Translations under genes and position numbers: made by a program
NCBI GenBank assembly: GCA_038889075.1
Contig: JAWAHS010000004.1
Span: forward strand, 78,833 to 97,788
Length of the DNA: 18,956 nt
Direction: 5' to 3'
DNA from: Ignisphaera sp.
Lineage (GTDB): Archaea > Thermoproteota > Thermoprotei_A > Sulfolobales > Ignisphaeraceae
Shown: positions 7,385 to 15,944 of the stretch, in pieces
How the letters are laid out: each line of letters opens with the position of its first letter
Position numbering within the stretch: position 1 is the first letter of the stretch
Notes under the pieces: generated by a model
Database searches by the model: none
The model's input: only the letters and a program-made list of their open reading frames with translations
What the model was told of the DNA's origin: nothing

Positions 7385-8929
7385 ATGGCTGTTTTGAATA
7401 GAAGGATTGTCGACCAGTATTATATTGGTTTTCGAAACTATGTAGCGGTAACCATTGCTGAGGGTATTGATGGTAAACTTCTCTACATAGTCTCTGAACC
7501 ACAGCTTACACCAATTGGAGATAAGGTTTACGGCAGTGTCTACAACTATATTATTTCTGATTTGGGTGTGCTAAAGGTTTTTTCAACCTTTACTACATTC
7601 GATGATGGTTACGAATATGCTAAGAGCACGGTTTATAGAATCTGTAAAAAGATTGTAAAGAACTGTAGCATTGAGGAGAACCAGATCGAGTATATAGTAT
7701 ACTATATTCTGAGGGACTTTATCGGATACGGTGAAATAGATCCATTTATAAGAGATCCAAATATAGAGGACGTCACATGCGACGGTTTCAATAGACCTAT
7801 ATATGTATTCCATAGTATACATGAGTGGCTTGAAAGCAATAGGGTTCTCAATAGTAAAAATCTTGAAAAGACTGTAAGGAGGCTTGCATATAGAGCTGGT
7901 AGAGAGGTCAATATAGCACAGCCAATTGCTGAGGGAATTCTTAGACCAGAGGGGTATAGAGTTCATATAGTACTCGATGTAGTTTCTCTAACAGGCCACA
8001 GCTTTACAATTAGAAGGTTTAGAGAATCTCCGTATACAATTGTTGAGCTTATCAATAGAGGTATGCTTAGCCCTGCCGTGGCTGCTCTCCTATGGCTTAC
8101 GGCAGAGAATAGACAGGGTATGATATTCTACGGCCCTACAGGTTCGGGAAAGACAACGCTTCTAAATGCAATAGCTATGTTCATACCTCCTGAGCTCAAG
8201 ATAGTCACTGCTGAGGATACCCCTGAGATAAGGCTTCCATTTCACGATAACTGGATCTCCATGTCGACGAGGCTGAGTAGCGATCCCTATGTACAGAACG
8301 TTACCTTACAGGCGCAGGTAGAGTCAGCAATGAGGCAGAGACCTGATGTTCTCATACTCGGTGAGATAAGGGCTAGGGAGGCTTACAGCTTCTTCCAAGC
8401 TGTCTCCACAGGGCACGGAGGACTTACAACAATACATGCTGAGAATATAGAATCGTTAATTAGAAGACTTGTATCGCCACCGATGTCGGTCTCAAAATCT
8501 CTTATATCCACAGCAAAGCTCTTTATACATGTTCTAAGACTTGTTGATGTAAAGGGTGTTAGGAGAAAGGTTACATATGTGTACGAGGTTGAGAGCTATA
8601 ATCCTTTAGAGGATAGAATTACCGTTAAGACACTTGTTAAATGGGATAGATATCGGGATGCGTGGCTGATTGATACAGATGGTAGTAGCGTATTGAAGGA
8701 GATTTCAGATCTTATTCTACTAAGCTATGATGATGTTATCGAGGATCTCTATAGGAGAACAGCTCTGCTACTATATGCAACTAGGAATAACCTAGATATA
8801 GTATCGCTATATGCTCTAGCGAGAAGGTATAGGAGGGAACCTGAGACTACATATAGGGAGGTTGTAAGGAAAATGGATGGTGAAGTGGTGATTGAGAAGC
8901 TTAGAGATATTGAAAGAAGAACTCTATGA
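7385..8929 (+). CDS. Type IV pilus assembly ATPase (TadA/ArlI/VirB11 family)
   Basis: RDFIGYGEIDPFIRDPNIEDV, Walker A GPTGSGKTT, Asp box AEDTPE, RQRPD.LILGEIR Walker B, His box TGHGGLTTIHA. Confidence 0.95.
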   Translation: MAVLNRRIVDQYYIGFRNYVAVTIAEGIDGKLLYIVSEPQLTPIGDKVYGSVYNYIISDLGVLKVFSTFTTFDDGYEYAKSTVYRICKKIVKNCSIEENQIEYIVYYILRDFIGYGEIDPFIRDPNIEDVTCDGFNRPIYVFHSIHEWLESNRVLNSKNLEKTVRRLAYRAGREVNIAQPIAEGILRPEGYRVHIVLDVVSLTGHSFTIRRFRESPYTIVELINRGMLSPAVAALLWLTAENRQGMIFYGPTGSGKTTLLNAIAMFIPPELKIVTAEDTPEIRLPFHDNWISMSTRLSSDPYVQNVTLQAQVESAMRQRPDVLILGEIRAREAYSFFQAVSTGHGGLTTIHAENIESLIRRLVSPPMSVSKSLISTAKLFIHVLRLVDVKGVRRKVTYVYEVESYNPLEDRITVKTLVKWDRYRDAWLIDTDGSSVLKEISDLILLSYDDVIEDLYRRTALLLYATRNNLDIVSLYALARRYRREPETTYREVVRKMDGEVVIEKLRDIERRTL

Positions 8930-9806
8930 GCGTATTCAGATTCCTGTAAAGCTGTTCCATAGTTTTTTTAGTAGATTGGATAATCTATTTAGGCTGAATC
9001 TGAATATCTATGTTATCGGCTCTGGGGTATCCTCCAGCGTAGATAGATACCTCTCAATGGCATCGAAATGCAGCTTCGTAGCGATAGCTATAGCCATACC
9101 CATTACACTAATCTACACCCACTATACAGCAAAACTACCGCTATTTACCTCATTACTGCTATCGCTCTTCGTACTACCTCTGCTACTACTGCTCACCTCT
9201 ATAGAGTTTACAATGTTGTTACCAAAGATGCTATACATTAACAGAGGTGCTATTATAGATTCTAAAGCGATCCTACTATTTACAGCCGTAGCCCTTCTAA
9301 CCACAGGGGGAGAGAGTCTTCAAGGTGTTATCGAAGGTATTCCAAAGGCTCTCGGTAAAGATTACCGCTATTTTTCAATAGAAATCGATTTAGTAAGATC
9401 GCTTACTAAAATAGGAACTCCGCTAGATGTAGCTTTAAGAAAAGCTGCCGAGGTAACGCCATCGCCAACGATTAGAGAGCTCTTATCATCACTAGCATCG
9501 ATTTCAAATATCGGTGGAGATGTATCGTCTATTGTAAGATTACAGCTGGATAGATATGTAGGTAGGTATGAGATTAGCATTGGAAAGGCTGTTGAAAGTC
9601 TAAATGTGTATATGGAGATCTATATTGCTCTAGCACTACTCATGCCAGTCCTCATAGGCTCATTGGCAGTACTTACACTGCTTCACCCACTGGCTGGTAT
9701 ATCCTTTGAACACATAATGTTTTTCTCATCATTCCTACTCCTTCCAGTATCAGCAATAGCAATAATAGTACTAGCTGATACAATTGTATCGAGGATTAGA
9801 CCATGA
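8892..9806 (+). CDS. Type IV pilus membrane platform protein (TadC/ArlJ/T2SS-F family)
   Basis: TM pairs flanking G.PLDVALRKAAEVTPSPTIRELL...GGDV T2SSF-like segment; overlaps the ATPase gene. Confidence 0.85.
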   Translation: MRSLEILKEELYERIQIPVKLFHSFFSRLDNLFRLNLNIYVIGSGVSSSVDRYLSMASKCSFVAIAIAIPITLIYTHYTAKLPLFTSLLLSLFVLPLLLLLTSIEFTMLLPKMLYINRGAIIDSKAILLFTAVALLTTGGESLQGVIEGIPKALGKDYRYFSIEIDLVRSLTKIGTPLDVALRKAAEVTPSPTIRELLSSLASISNIGGDVSSIVRLQLDRYVGRYEISIGKAVESLNVYMEIYIALALLMPVLIGSLAVLTLLHPLAGISFEHIMFFSSFLLLPVSAIAIIVLADTIVSRIRP

Positions 9807-10705
9807 TATGGAAGAAGCTGACTCTACTACCGCTATTCTTTATATTTACGGTTTTCATAGTTCCCCACTATATACTACCTCTTCTATCAAATGCTGTTGG
9901 ACTGAATGCATTTAAAGGTCTGCAAGGGGTTCGAATACAGCTATGGATAGTCGTTATCCCAATACCTATATTCGAAACACCGGATTCGTACTCCTTTGTA
10001 GGCTTTCTCATGGCAGGCTCTACAGCTATAGCATACCTTCTGTATAGAGATGGTATTAGGATGCGTAGCATGTTGAGAAAGCAGTCTGCATCACTAGTAC
10101 CCCTCATATCATCATATATTAGAACAGGTATGCCTGTACTAGATGCTCTAAATGAAGCTGGTAAAACATTGGGCGATCCGATATACAGCTATATTGCTAG
10201 ATTTGTAAACCTCGTTAAACTTGGTAGCGATCCAGAGGAATCCTTTGAGAACTGCTTCTCTGGTTTTCCAAGGGATGTGCGGATACCCCTTGCAACTGTA
10301 GTAGTTGCTATAGGTAGTGGCGGTAGGATTGCTGATATACTATCCGTAGCCGAGAGATTCACACTTCATATGTCTAGACTTGAAGAGCTTAGGAGATCTA
10401 GGCTTGAAGGGTATAGGGCTGTTCTCATTCTTGCAATAATAGCATTTACTGTAAGTGCCATTCTCTCACTTACTATAGTATCCTATGCATCTAAAGCACT
10501 CTATTTCTCAGGTTTGATAGGAAGGGTTTTCAGTTTGCAACTAGTATCCACAATGTACTATATACCGGCATTGATGATAGTGATTACATCATCTATAGCT
10601 ATAAGTAGGGTAGTTTACGGCGAAACCGCTATAGCTCTCAAATACATATCAATCCTATCTCCAATAGTATCTATAGCTTTTGCAGTAGCCACACATCTTT
10701 TGTAG
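9803..10705 (+). CDS. Second type IV pilus membrane platform protein (TadC/TadB-like)
   Basis: RTGMPVLDAL, KLGSDPEESF, SGGRIADIL T2SSF-like motifs; ATGA overlap with the preceding gene. Confidence 0.85.
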   Translation: MIWKKLTLLPLFFIFTVFIVPHYILPLLSNAVGLNAFKGLQGVRIQLWIVVIPIPIFETPDSYSFVGFLMAGSTAIAYLLYRDGIRMRSMLRKQSASLVPLISSYIRTGMPVLDALNEAGKTLGDPIYSYIARFVNLVKLGSDPEESFENCFSGFPRDVRIPLATVVVAIGSGGRIADILSVAERFTLHMSRLEELRRSRLEGYRAVLILAIIAFTVSAILSLTIVSYASKALYFSGLIGRVFSLQLVSTMYYIPALMIVITSSIAISRVVYGETAIALKYISILSPIVSIAFAVATHLL

Positions 10706-10833
10706 AACGACACCCCGACTACTAGATAGTGTGTGCAACCGAGGATGCCATACACATGACTATAGATGCTGTAGTGTCACTCCCTACAGTGTTTATAAGC
10801 AGCGACTATAATCCACTGTATAGGCTGAATACA

Positions 10834-11535
10834 TTGCCTATAAAGGCTGTAGCATTTGATGTATGGAATACCCTACTAGATATAGGCATAGCCTTTAATC
10901 AGCTAGCATATGTAGCCTCAACCAAGCTTGGTATAGATATGCATAGCATTAATAAATCGATAATCAAGGCATACAATTCCGCAAAGAGATTAAGGAGGTA
11001 TAGCAATTTAGATGGGTTTCAAATCGTAGTTGAGTCGCAGAAGATTCTAGCAAACGAACTTGGTATAGATGTGGATACAGTAATGCAGATTATCGATGAA
11101 GCATTTTCAACAGTTGATATAAATAGCCTTCCCTTTAATGATACTAAGGAGATTCTCAAAATACTAAGGAGAGTAGGCTTTAAAATGGGTATTATAGGCA
11201 ACACATTATTTTGGAACAGCATATATACAAGGAGAATTCTAAAACAGCTTGAAATACTAGACTATATGGATGCTGTGCTATTTTCAGATGAGCTAAGAAT
11301 AAATAAACCGGATAGAAGAATCTTTCTACAATTTAGTAAGGAGATAGACATAGAACCTGACTACATAGCCTACGTAGGGGATAGCATAGTTGAAGATGTT
11401 GGAGGAGCTCTTTCAACAGGAATGAAAGCAATATATATAGATAGAAATAGAAGGGAAAAGATAATATTAAAAGACATAGGTATAGCCATAATAACAAACC
11501 TACTTGAGGTTGTAGATGCCATAGACGCTTTCTAG
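10834..11535 (+). CDS. HAD-superfamily hydrolase
   Basis: Motif I AFDVWNTL, motif II IIGNT, KPD, motif IV VGDSIVEDVGGA; start placed at TTG 10834 downstream of TTTATAA (10792-10798) rather than the ORF track start 10729. Confidence 0.88.
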   Translation: MPIKAVAFDVWNTLLDIGIAFNQLAYVASTKLGIDMHSINKSIIKAYNSAKRLRRYSNLDGFQIVVESQKILANELGIDVDTVMQIIDEAFSTVDINSLPFNDTKEILKILRRVGFKMGIIGNTLFWNSIYTRRILKQLEILDYMDAVLFSDELRINKPDRRIFLQFSKEIDIEPDYIAYVGDSIVEDVGGALSTGMKAIYIDRNRREKIILKDIGIAIITNLLEVVDAIDAF

Positions 11536-11787
11536 ACCCTTTGTATCAGCAAAACAGCCCTCTGCATCCAAATTAAAACCTCATGGCTAAGATCCATCAT
11601 CTGCAAACCAAGAGAATCCCAAACCATAAGCAGAACTACTTATTCCGAGACCATTGCCTATCCAAATGTATAATCCATACACATCTCACTCCGCATAATC
11701 TATACATATCCCATATTATATGACACACCATACACTCATTTACATATATATATAGGTGTATTTAAATTAAATCTTTGGGGGAGATGC

Positions 11788-12147
11788 ATGGCTGAACAAT
11801 CTATAGCAACACCAAGTATTAGTGAGGATGAGAAGCTGTGGGGTTTCCTAGCATGGCTTCTATCAATAGTTGGGGCAGTGCTTGCAATGGTATTGAAGCC
11901 TGGTTATAGATATGCAAAGTACTGGGCATATCTATCGCTATCCTTTTTCATATTGATAATTATAGCGTCCGTAATAAGTATGGTACTGGCAATAATACCG
12001 TTTGTAGGGTGGGTACTGGCCGGTTTAATAAGCATTGGCCTAGTTGTTGTATGGATTATTGGCATAATTAAGTCGCTACAACCAACATGGTGGAAACCGC
12101 CACTAGTATACGATATAGCTAAAGCTATTGGTATAGAAAGAATCTAG
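11788..12147 (+). CDS. Small membrane protein, DUF4870/Tic20-like
   Basis: EKLWGFLAWL, IPFVGW, WIIGIIKS...WWKPP pattern; three TM segments; TTTAAA at 11761-11766 and GGGGGAG RBS. Confidence 0.75.
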   Translation: MAEQSIATPSISEDEKLWGFLAWLLSIVGAVLAMVLKPGYRYAKYWAYLSLSFFILIIIASVISMVLAIIPFVGWVLAGLISIGLVVVWIIGIIKSLQPTWWKPPLVYDIAKAIGIERI

Positions 12148-12204
12148 AAGCTACTCTATTTCAACCATTTTTACTTTTATATCACATTTCCAATACTATT
12201 TTGG

Positions 12205-12260
12205 ATGGTGATGAACCCTTCATGCACTGATAATATGATGACTGCTGGGAAGACTGATAT
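12205..12260 (+). ncRNA. Box C/D methylation-guide sRNA
   Basis: C GTGATGA (12208-12214), guide ACCCTTCATGCA, D' CTGA, C' ATGATGA (12235-12241), guide CTGCTGGGAAGA, D CTGA (12254-12257); 12-nt spacers; TTTTATAT about 26 nt upstream. Confidence 0.9.
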
Positions 12261-12297
12261 ACTATAGCTTTTCCCCACCCTCTAGTTAATTGATATA

Positions 12298-13857
12298 CTA
12301 TTCGATACTATTGTTAGCTTTTCTGCTTTCAACGAATTCAGGGTAGTATTGTTTGAGTAGGCGTTTCATGTCAACGTATGGTGTAAATGTTTTGTAGGCT
12401 CTGTATGCTACTTCTGTAAACTTCCCTCTATCGGAGTTATAGAGATCGATTATATCTAGTAGCTTCTTAAGAAAATCTCTATAGTCCTTCTCATCTAATT
12501 CAGAAGCTCTGGCATTCCTTTCAATATCTATAAATTCTTTCAGTTCCTCTCCAAAGAGCCATCCGTTGACACCATCCTCAATAAGTTCGAGACTTGCACC
12601 ATCTCGTGAAGATAGTGTTGGAACACCGTTGACACCTGCCTTCATCATACTGGTTCCGCTAGCCTCCCAGCAGCTAAATGGTGTAAATAGCAGTAGATCT
12701 GAACCTGATAGTGCATAGTATGCGAATTCCATTCCGTAACTTGGATGGAAGTAGAAGTTTGGTATAACTCTAGAGAATTTTGCAAAGAGTTGGGCTTGTT
12801 CCCTACCCCATTCATCGTTTGGATGGGGTTTACCTGAAACAACGATGAATACTGCATCCTTTAAATCGGTATTCTCTTCCAAGAACCATTCAATAAAGTA
12901 GGGCCTCTTGTACCTGGTTATTCTTCTACACCACGATATGATCATTCTATCCCCTATTTTCTTACCGGAGAGGGTTTGGACTACCATAGAGAATTCTCTT
13001 TTAAGATCTTGATGTATCTTCGAGAAGGATTCTGCATCTCCCTGAATATTCTTTACCCTCTGCCACCTTTCTATATCAATAGCGTTGGTTACATAGCTAA
13101 GCTTATTAGCATACTTTGGAAAGAGGGTTCTTGTAATCTCAAAGTGTTTTCTAGATACTGTAAATACTTTTTCAGAGATCTCCATAGCGGCCTCAGTCAT
13201 TGTTTCAACAGCTGGTAGCGATATGTCCAGAAGCTCCTCAGCCTCTCTACAGATTTTAGGATGGCCCCATGGACCAGGGGTGTGGGTTACAAATCGTACT
13301 CTGATATTCTTTGGCAGTAGATATGGTGTTAGAGCTAGGTGGGCTTCCTGTATATCGACAATGGATATCTCTATAGATGACGCTATCCTCTTTACTATTT
13401 CACTGGATATTGCTGCGGCTCCTATATAGTATGTACACTCATCCCTATGGTGCCTGTATAGGTATCTAAACAGCCTTGCTGTGGTCAAAGGTCTGCTAAC
13501 TCTATAGAGTATAGCCTTTGCGGAACCGTGGATGTATTCGTATAGATCAGCTTCAGCAATAAGCCTACCACTACCAGATCTAGCCTCAATACTACCGATG
13601 TAGCTAAGCTTTGAAAGAAATGAAAGACTGTGCCTGTGCCTGGTTTCAATATACCTTACCCTATTCATGCTATCCCAATCAACATATCCATTTGGATAGA
13701 ACGGTACAACCAGTATATACGGCAGTCCAATTCTACCAGCTGTATAGAATTTATCTGCAATAAGTACACCTAATCCACCTGCATAGTTTGCAGACCCTTC
13801 GAAGGCGGCCTCCGTAGCAACATCTATAACAGCTCGCATCGACATATCCCAATACAA
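12298..13857 (-). CDS. glgP: Alpha-glucan (maltodextrin/glycogen) phosphorylase, GT35, short form; start may be ATG 13845 or 13839
   Basis: YAGGLGVL, RRITRYKRP, GKPHPND, PLP site EASGTSMMKAGVNG. Confidence 0.92.
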   Translation of the reverse strand: MYWDMSMRAVIDVATEAAFEGSANYAGGLGVLIADKFYTAGRIGLPYILVVPFYPNGYVDWDSMNRVRYIETRHRHSLSFLSKLSYIGSIEARSGSGRLIAEADLYEYIHGSAKAILYRVSRPLTTARLFRYLYRHHRDECTYYIGAAAISSEIVKRIASSIEISIVDIQEAHLALTPYLLPKNIRVRFVTHTPGPWGHPKICREAEELLDISLPAVETMTEAAMEISEKVFTVSRKHFEITRTLFPKYANKLSYVTNAIDIERWQRVKNIQGDAESFSKIHQDLKREFSMVVQTLSGKKIGDRMIISWCRRITRYKRPYFIEWFLEENTDLKDAVFIVVSGKPHPNDEWGREQAQLFAKFSRVIPNFYFHPSYGMEFAYYALSGSDLLLFTPFSCWEASGTSMMKAGVNGVPTLSSRDGASLELIEDGVNGWLFGEELKEFIDIERNARASELDEKDYRDFLKKLLDIIDLYNSDRGKFTEVAYRAYKTFTPYVDMKRLLKQYYPEFVESRKANNSIE

Positions 13858-13872
13858 GCCTCTAATCCCATA

Positions 13873-13884
13873 CCTTTATAAAGG
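13873..13884. promoter_or_regulatory. Palindromic TATA box of the phosphorylase gene
   Basis: Perfect 12-bp palindrome CCTTTATAAAGG, ~28 nt upstream of ATG 13845. Confidence 0.55.
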
Positions 13885-13905
13885 ATACAGTGAATAAACT
13901 GATAG

Positions 13906-13970
13906 AATTCAGTGGGGGCGGGAATACTCTTCATTGAAAAAATTCAGATCCGGCCCAGCTAACATCATCC
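13906..13970 (-). ncRNA. Box C/D sRNA (variant C boxes)
   Basis: Minus strand: C ATGATGT (13968-13962), guide TAGCTGGGCCGGAT, D' CTGA, C' ATGAAGA, guide GTATTCCCGCCCCCA, D CTGA (13912-13909); GC-rich guides in AT-rich DNA. Confidence 0.72.
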
Positions 13971-13994
13971 AGGTCACAGTTTCTAGAATAAAGG

Positions 13995-14001
13995 TTAAAA
14001 A
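13995..14001. promoter_or_regulatory. Candidate bidirectional TATA element serving two divergent C/D sRNAs
   Basis: TTAAAAA (+)/TTTTTAA (-), centre 28-30 nt from each sRNA C box. Confidence 0.5.
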
Positions 14002-14023
14002 TCTTACTTACATAGCTATAGAT

Positions 14024-14079
14024 ATTAGATGAGGTGCCGTCGAGCGTCTGAATAATGATGAGGTGGTCCTAAACCGAAT
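14024..14079 (+). ncRNA. Box C/D sRNA, probably guiding two neighbouring 16S rRNA sites
   Basis: C TAGATGA (14026-14032), guide GGTGCCGTCGAGCGT, D' CTGA, C' ATGATGA (14055-14061), guide GGTGGTCCTAAA, D CCGA (14074-14077). Confidence 0.75.
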
Positions 14080-14303
14080 CCGCAGATTCGAATCAGCAAC
14101 AAGTTTCTAAAATCTATTAATTAGAACCCATAGAAAGCTGAGTACAAAAATTTGTAGTTTCTAGTGGAAATATTATTGAAGAATTAAAGTGAACTACGTG
14201 GAAAAGCATGGTAGGATGGAATAGTCGAAGTTGGTAATCGCTAGATGGATGTTGTGCTTATGTTATTAAAGACTTTTATTTTAATCCCTTCACCATTTAG
14301 TAT

Positions 14304-15077
14304 GTGGTAAAGTTGGTATGTGTTGAGAAGCCCCTAACCTTCTTAAGTAGTGGCTTTGAGTTATCAGCATATCTACACACGCCTACACCAGAACCTTCCA
14401 CAATGGTTTTAATGCTTCACGGATTTACAGGTAATAAAATTGAGGCAAATAGACTGTTTGTCGATATTGCTAGAGCCCTATGTGGTATAGGGCTATCCGT
14501 CTTTAGATTCGACTATAGATGTCATGGTGAAAGCCCTCTACCATTTGAGGAATTCAAGCTGGATTACGCTATTGAGGATGCTGAAAATGCTCTAAACTTC
14601 ATTGAAAAAGCGTACAGACCTAAAAGAATAGGTGTAGTTGGTCTTAGTATGGGTGGTCATATAGCTATTAAAATAGCTTCAAAACATCAAGATAGAATCT
14701 CAGCGATGGTTCTCCTAGCACCTGCGGTAGACTTTGGAAAACTTGTTGAAGGTGCAAAGAGCGTTGCCCAGAAGGTCGGCGAATACTATGTATTCGGTCC
14801 ACATCGCCTTAAGGAGGAGGGTGTGATGAGTATAGTTAAATCCAATGCAATGGAGCTGGCTGAAAGCATATCGATACCTGTACTCATAGTGCATGCGAAA
14901 AATGATACTGCTGTACCATATAGACAGTCAGAGGAGTTCTTCAATAGATTGAAATCGCTGGAGAAAAGGCTGGTTCTACTTGATGAAGGTGAACACGTAT
15001 TCCTTACATACAGCTCTAGAAGTAGGGTTATCGATGAAGTAGCCAATTGGTTTAAAAATAGGCTAGCCATATCCTAA
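14304..15077 (+). CDS. Alpha/beta-fold hydrolase (esterase/peptidase S9-like)
   Basis: HGFTGN oxyanion motif, nucleophile GLSMGG, Asp in HAKNDTAVP, His in GEHVF. Confidence 0.9.
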   Translation: MVKLVCVEKPLTFLSSGFELSAYLHTPTPEPSTMVLMLHGFTGNKIEANRLFVDIARALCGIGLSVFRFDYRCHGESPLPFEEFKLDYAIEDAENALNFIEKAYRPKRIGVVGLSMGGHIAIKIASKHQDRISAMVLLAPAVDFGKLVEGAKSVAQKVGEYYVFGPHRLKEEGVMSIVKSNAMELAESISIPVLIVHAKNDTAVPYRQSEEFFNRLKSLEKRLVLLDEGEHVFLTYSSRSRVIDEVANWFKNRLAIS

Positions 15078-15154
15078 TCTATGCCATTTTTAAGACAATC
15101 TATACTATTTTTAATATCTCTACGAAAGCTAGATGTTTCGGTAGATCCAGATAG

Positions 15155-15931
15155 ATGCTGTGCCATAGCTATGAATTGATTGAAATGCCCATCGACATGC
15201 ACCCCAGAATAGTATGCTATCCATACGGAGAGGGATCCTCATGTATATATAGGATAGAAAATATAAGAGAGATGGGTATTGAGAATATATATAGTTTTGG
15301 AAAGGTTCAAATAGATAGATACCACGTTGTTGGAAAAGGCCATGCAGCAATCATTGTCCTTGCCAGACATAGAGTACACGGAACTGTAGCTCTAAAGATC
15401 AGGAGGATGGATTCGAAGAGAGCTTCTTTAAGAGATGAAGCAAAGCTCCTCGAAGCTATACATGGATATGCACCTAGGGTATACCTATACTCAGATGATT
15501 TTATAGTAAGGGAGTATGTAGATGGCCCAACAATAGAAGAGTTTCTAAAGGCGATTCGCAGTAGAAATGACGTTGCTACTCTTATAAAGAGCCTCCTCTT
15601 AGCTACATATACACTTGATCAACTTAATATAGATGTAGGTGAGCTTTCGAGACCATATAGACAGGTAGTTCTACTCTGTGGGGATCCCAGTAAACCATAC
15701 TTTATAGATCTAGAGTCTGGAAGACTCTATTTAAAGCCATCTAATGTAACAAGAATTATTAACTTTGTACTATTTGGGTGTGTTAAAGGTAGTAGGATTA
15801 GGGATGTCCTTGGTCTAGATGAATACAGAGTTTCACTATTAATTGAGCTAGCAAGACGGTATAAGTATTCACCCCACGCTTCTCGGGAAGATATACTCAA
15901 TAGAGTTTTTAGTATAGTTGGAGACTATTGA
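15155..15931 (+). CDS. Archaeal Ser/Thr kinase-like protein (COG2112-like, RIO/Bud32-related)
   Basis: VGKGH Gly-loop, VALKIRRMDS, EAKLL, IVREYVDG hinge, GELS loop, FIDLE. Confidence 0.8.
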   Translation: MLCHSYELIEMPIDMHPRIVCYPYGEGSSCIYRIENIREMGIENIYSFGKVQIDRYHVVGKGHAAIIVLARHRVHGTVALKIRRMDSKRASLRDEAKLLEAIHGYAPRVYLYSDDFIVREYVDGPTIEEFLKAIRSRNDVATLIKSLLLATYTLDQLNIDVGELSRPYRQVVLLCGDPSKPYFIDLESGRLYLKPSNVTRIINFVLFGCVKGSRIRDVLGLDEYRVSLLIELARRYKYSPHASREDILNRVFSIVGDY

Positions 15932-15944
15932 GTGCATCTGAGTA

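Noticed and set aside
5651-10705. Archaellum operon interpretation of the pilus locus
   Set aside because: No ArlH, ArlF/G or archaellin-type N-terminus; two separate TadC-like genes instead of one ArlJ.
11587-11682. 31-codon minus-strand Gly-rich ORF (MYGLYIWIGNGLGISSSAYGLGFSWFADDGS) in a C/A-skewed intergenic region
   Set aside because: Too short, no recognisable family; readily explained by compositional skew.
12665-12673. 9-nt match between the 12205 sRNA D guide (CTGCTGGGA) and the phosphorylase gene
   Set aside because: Same sense as the mRNA so it cannot pair; length is compatible with chance.
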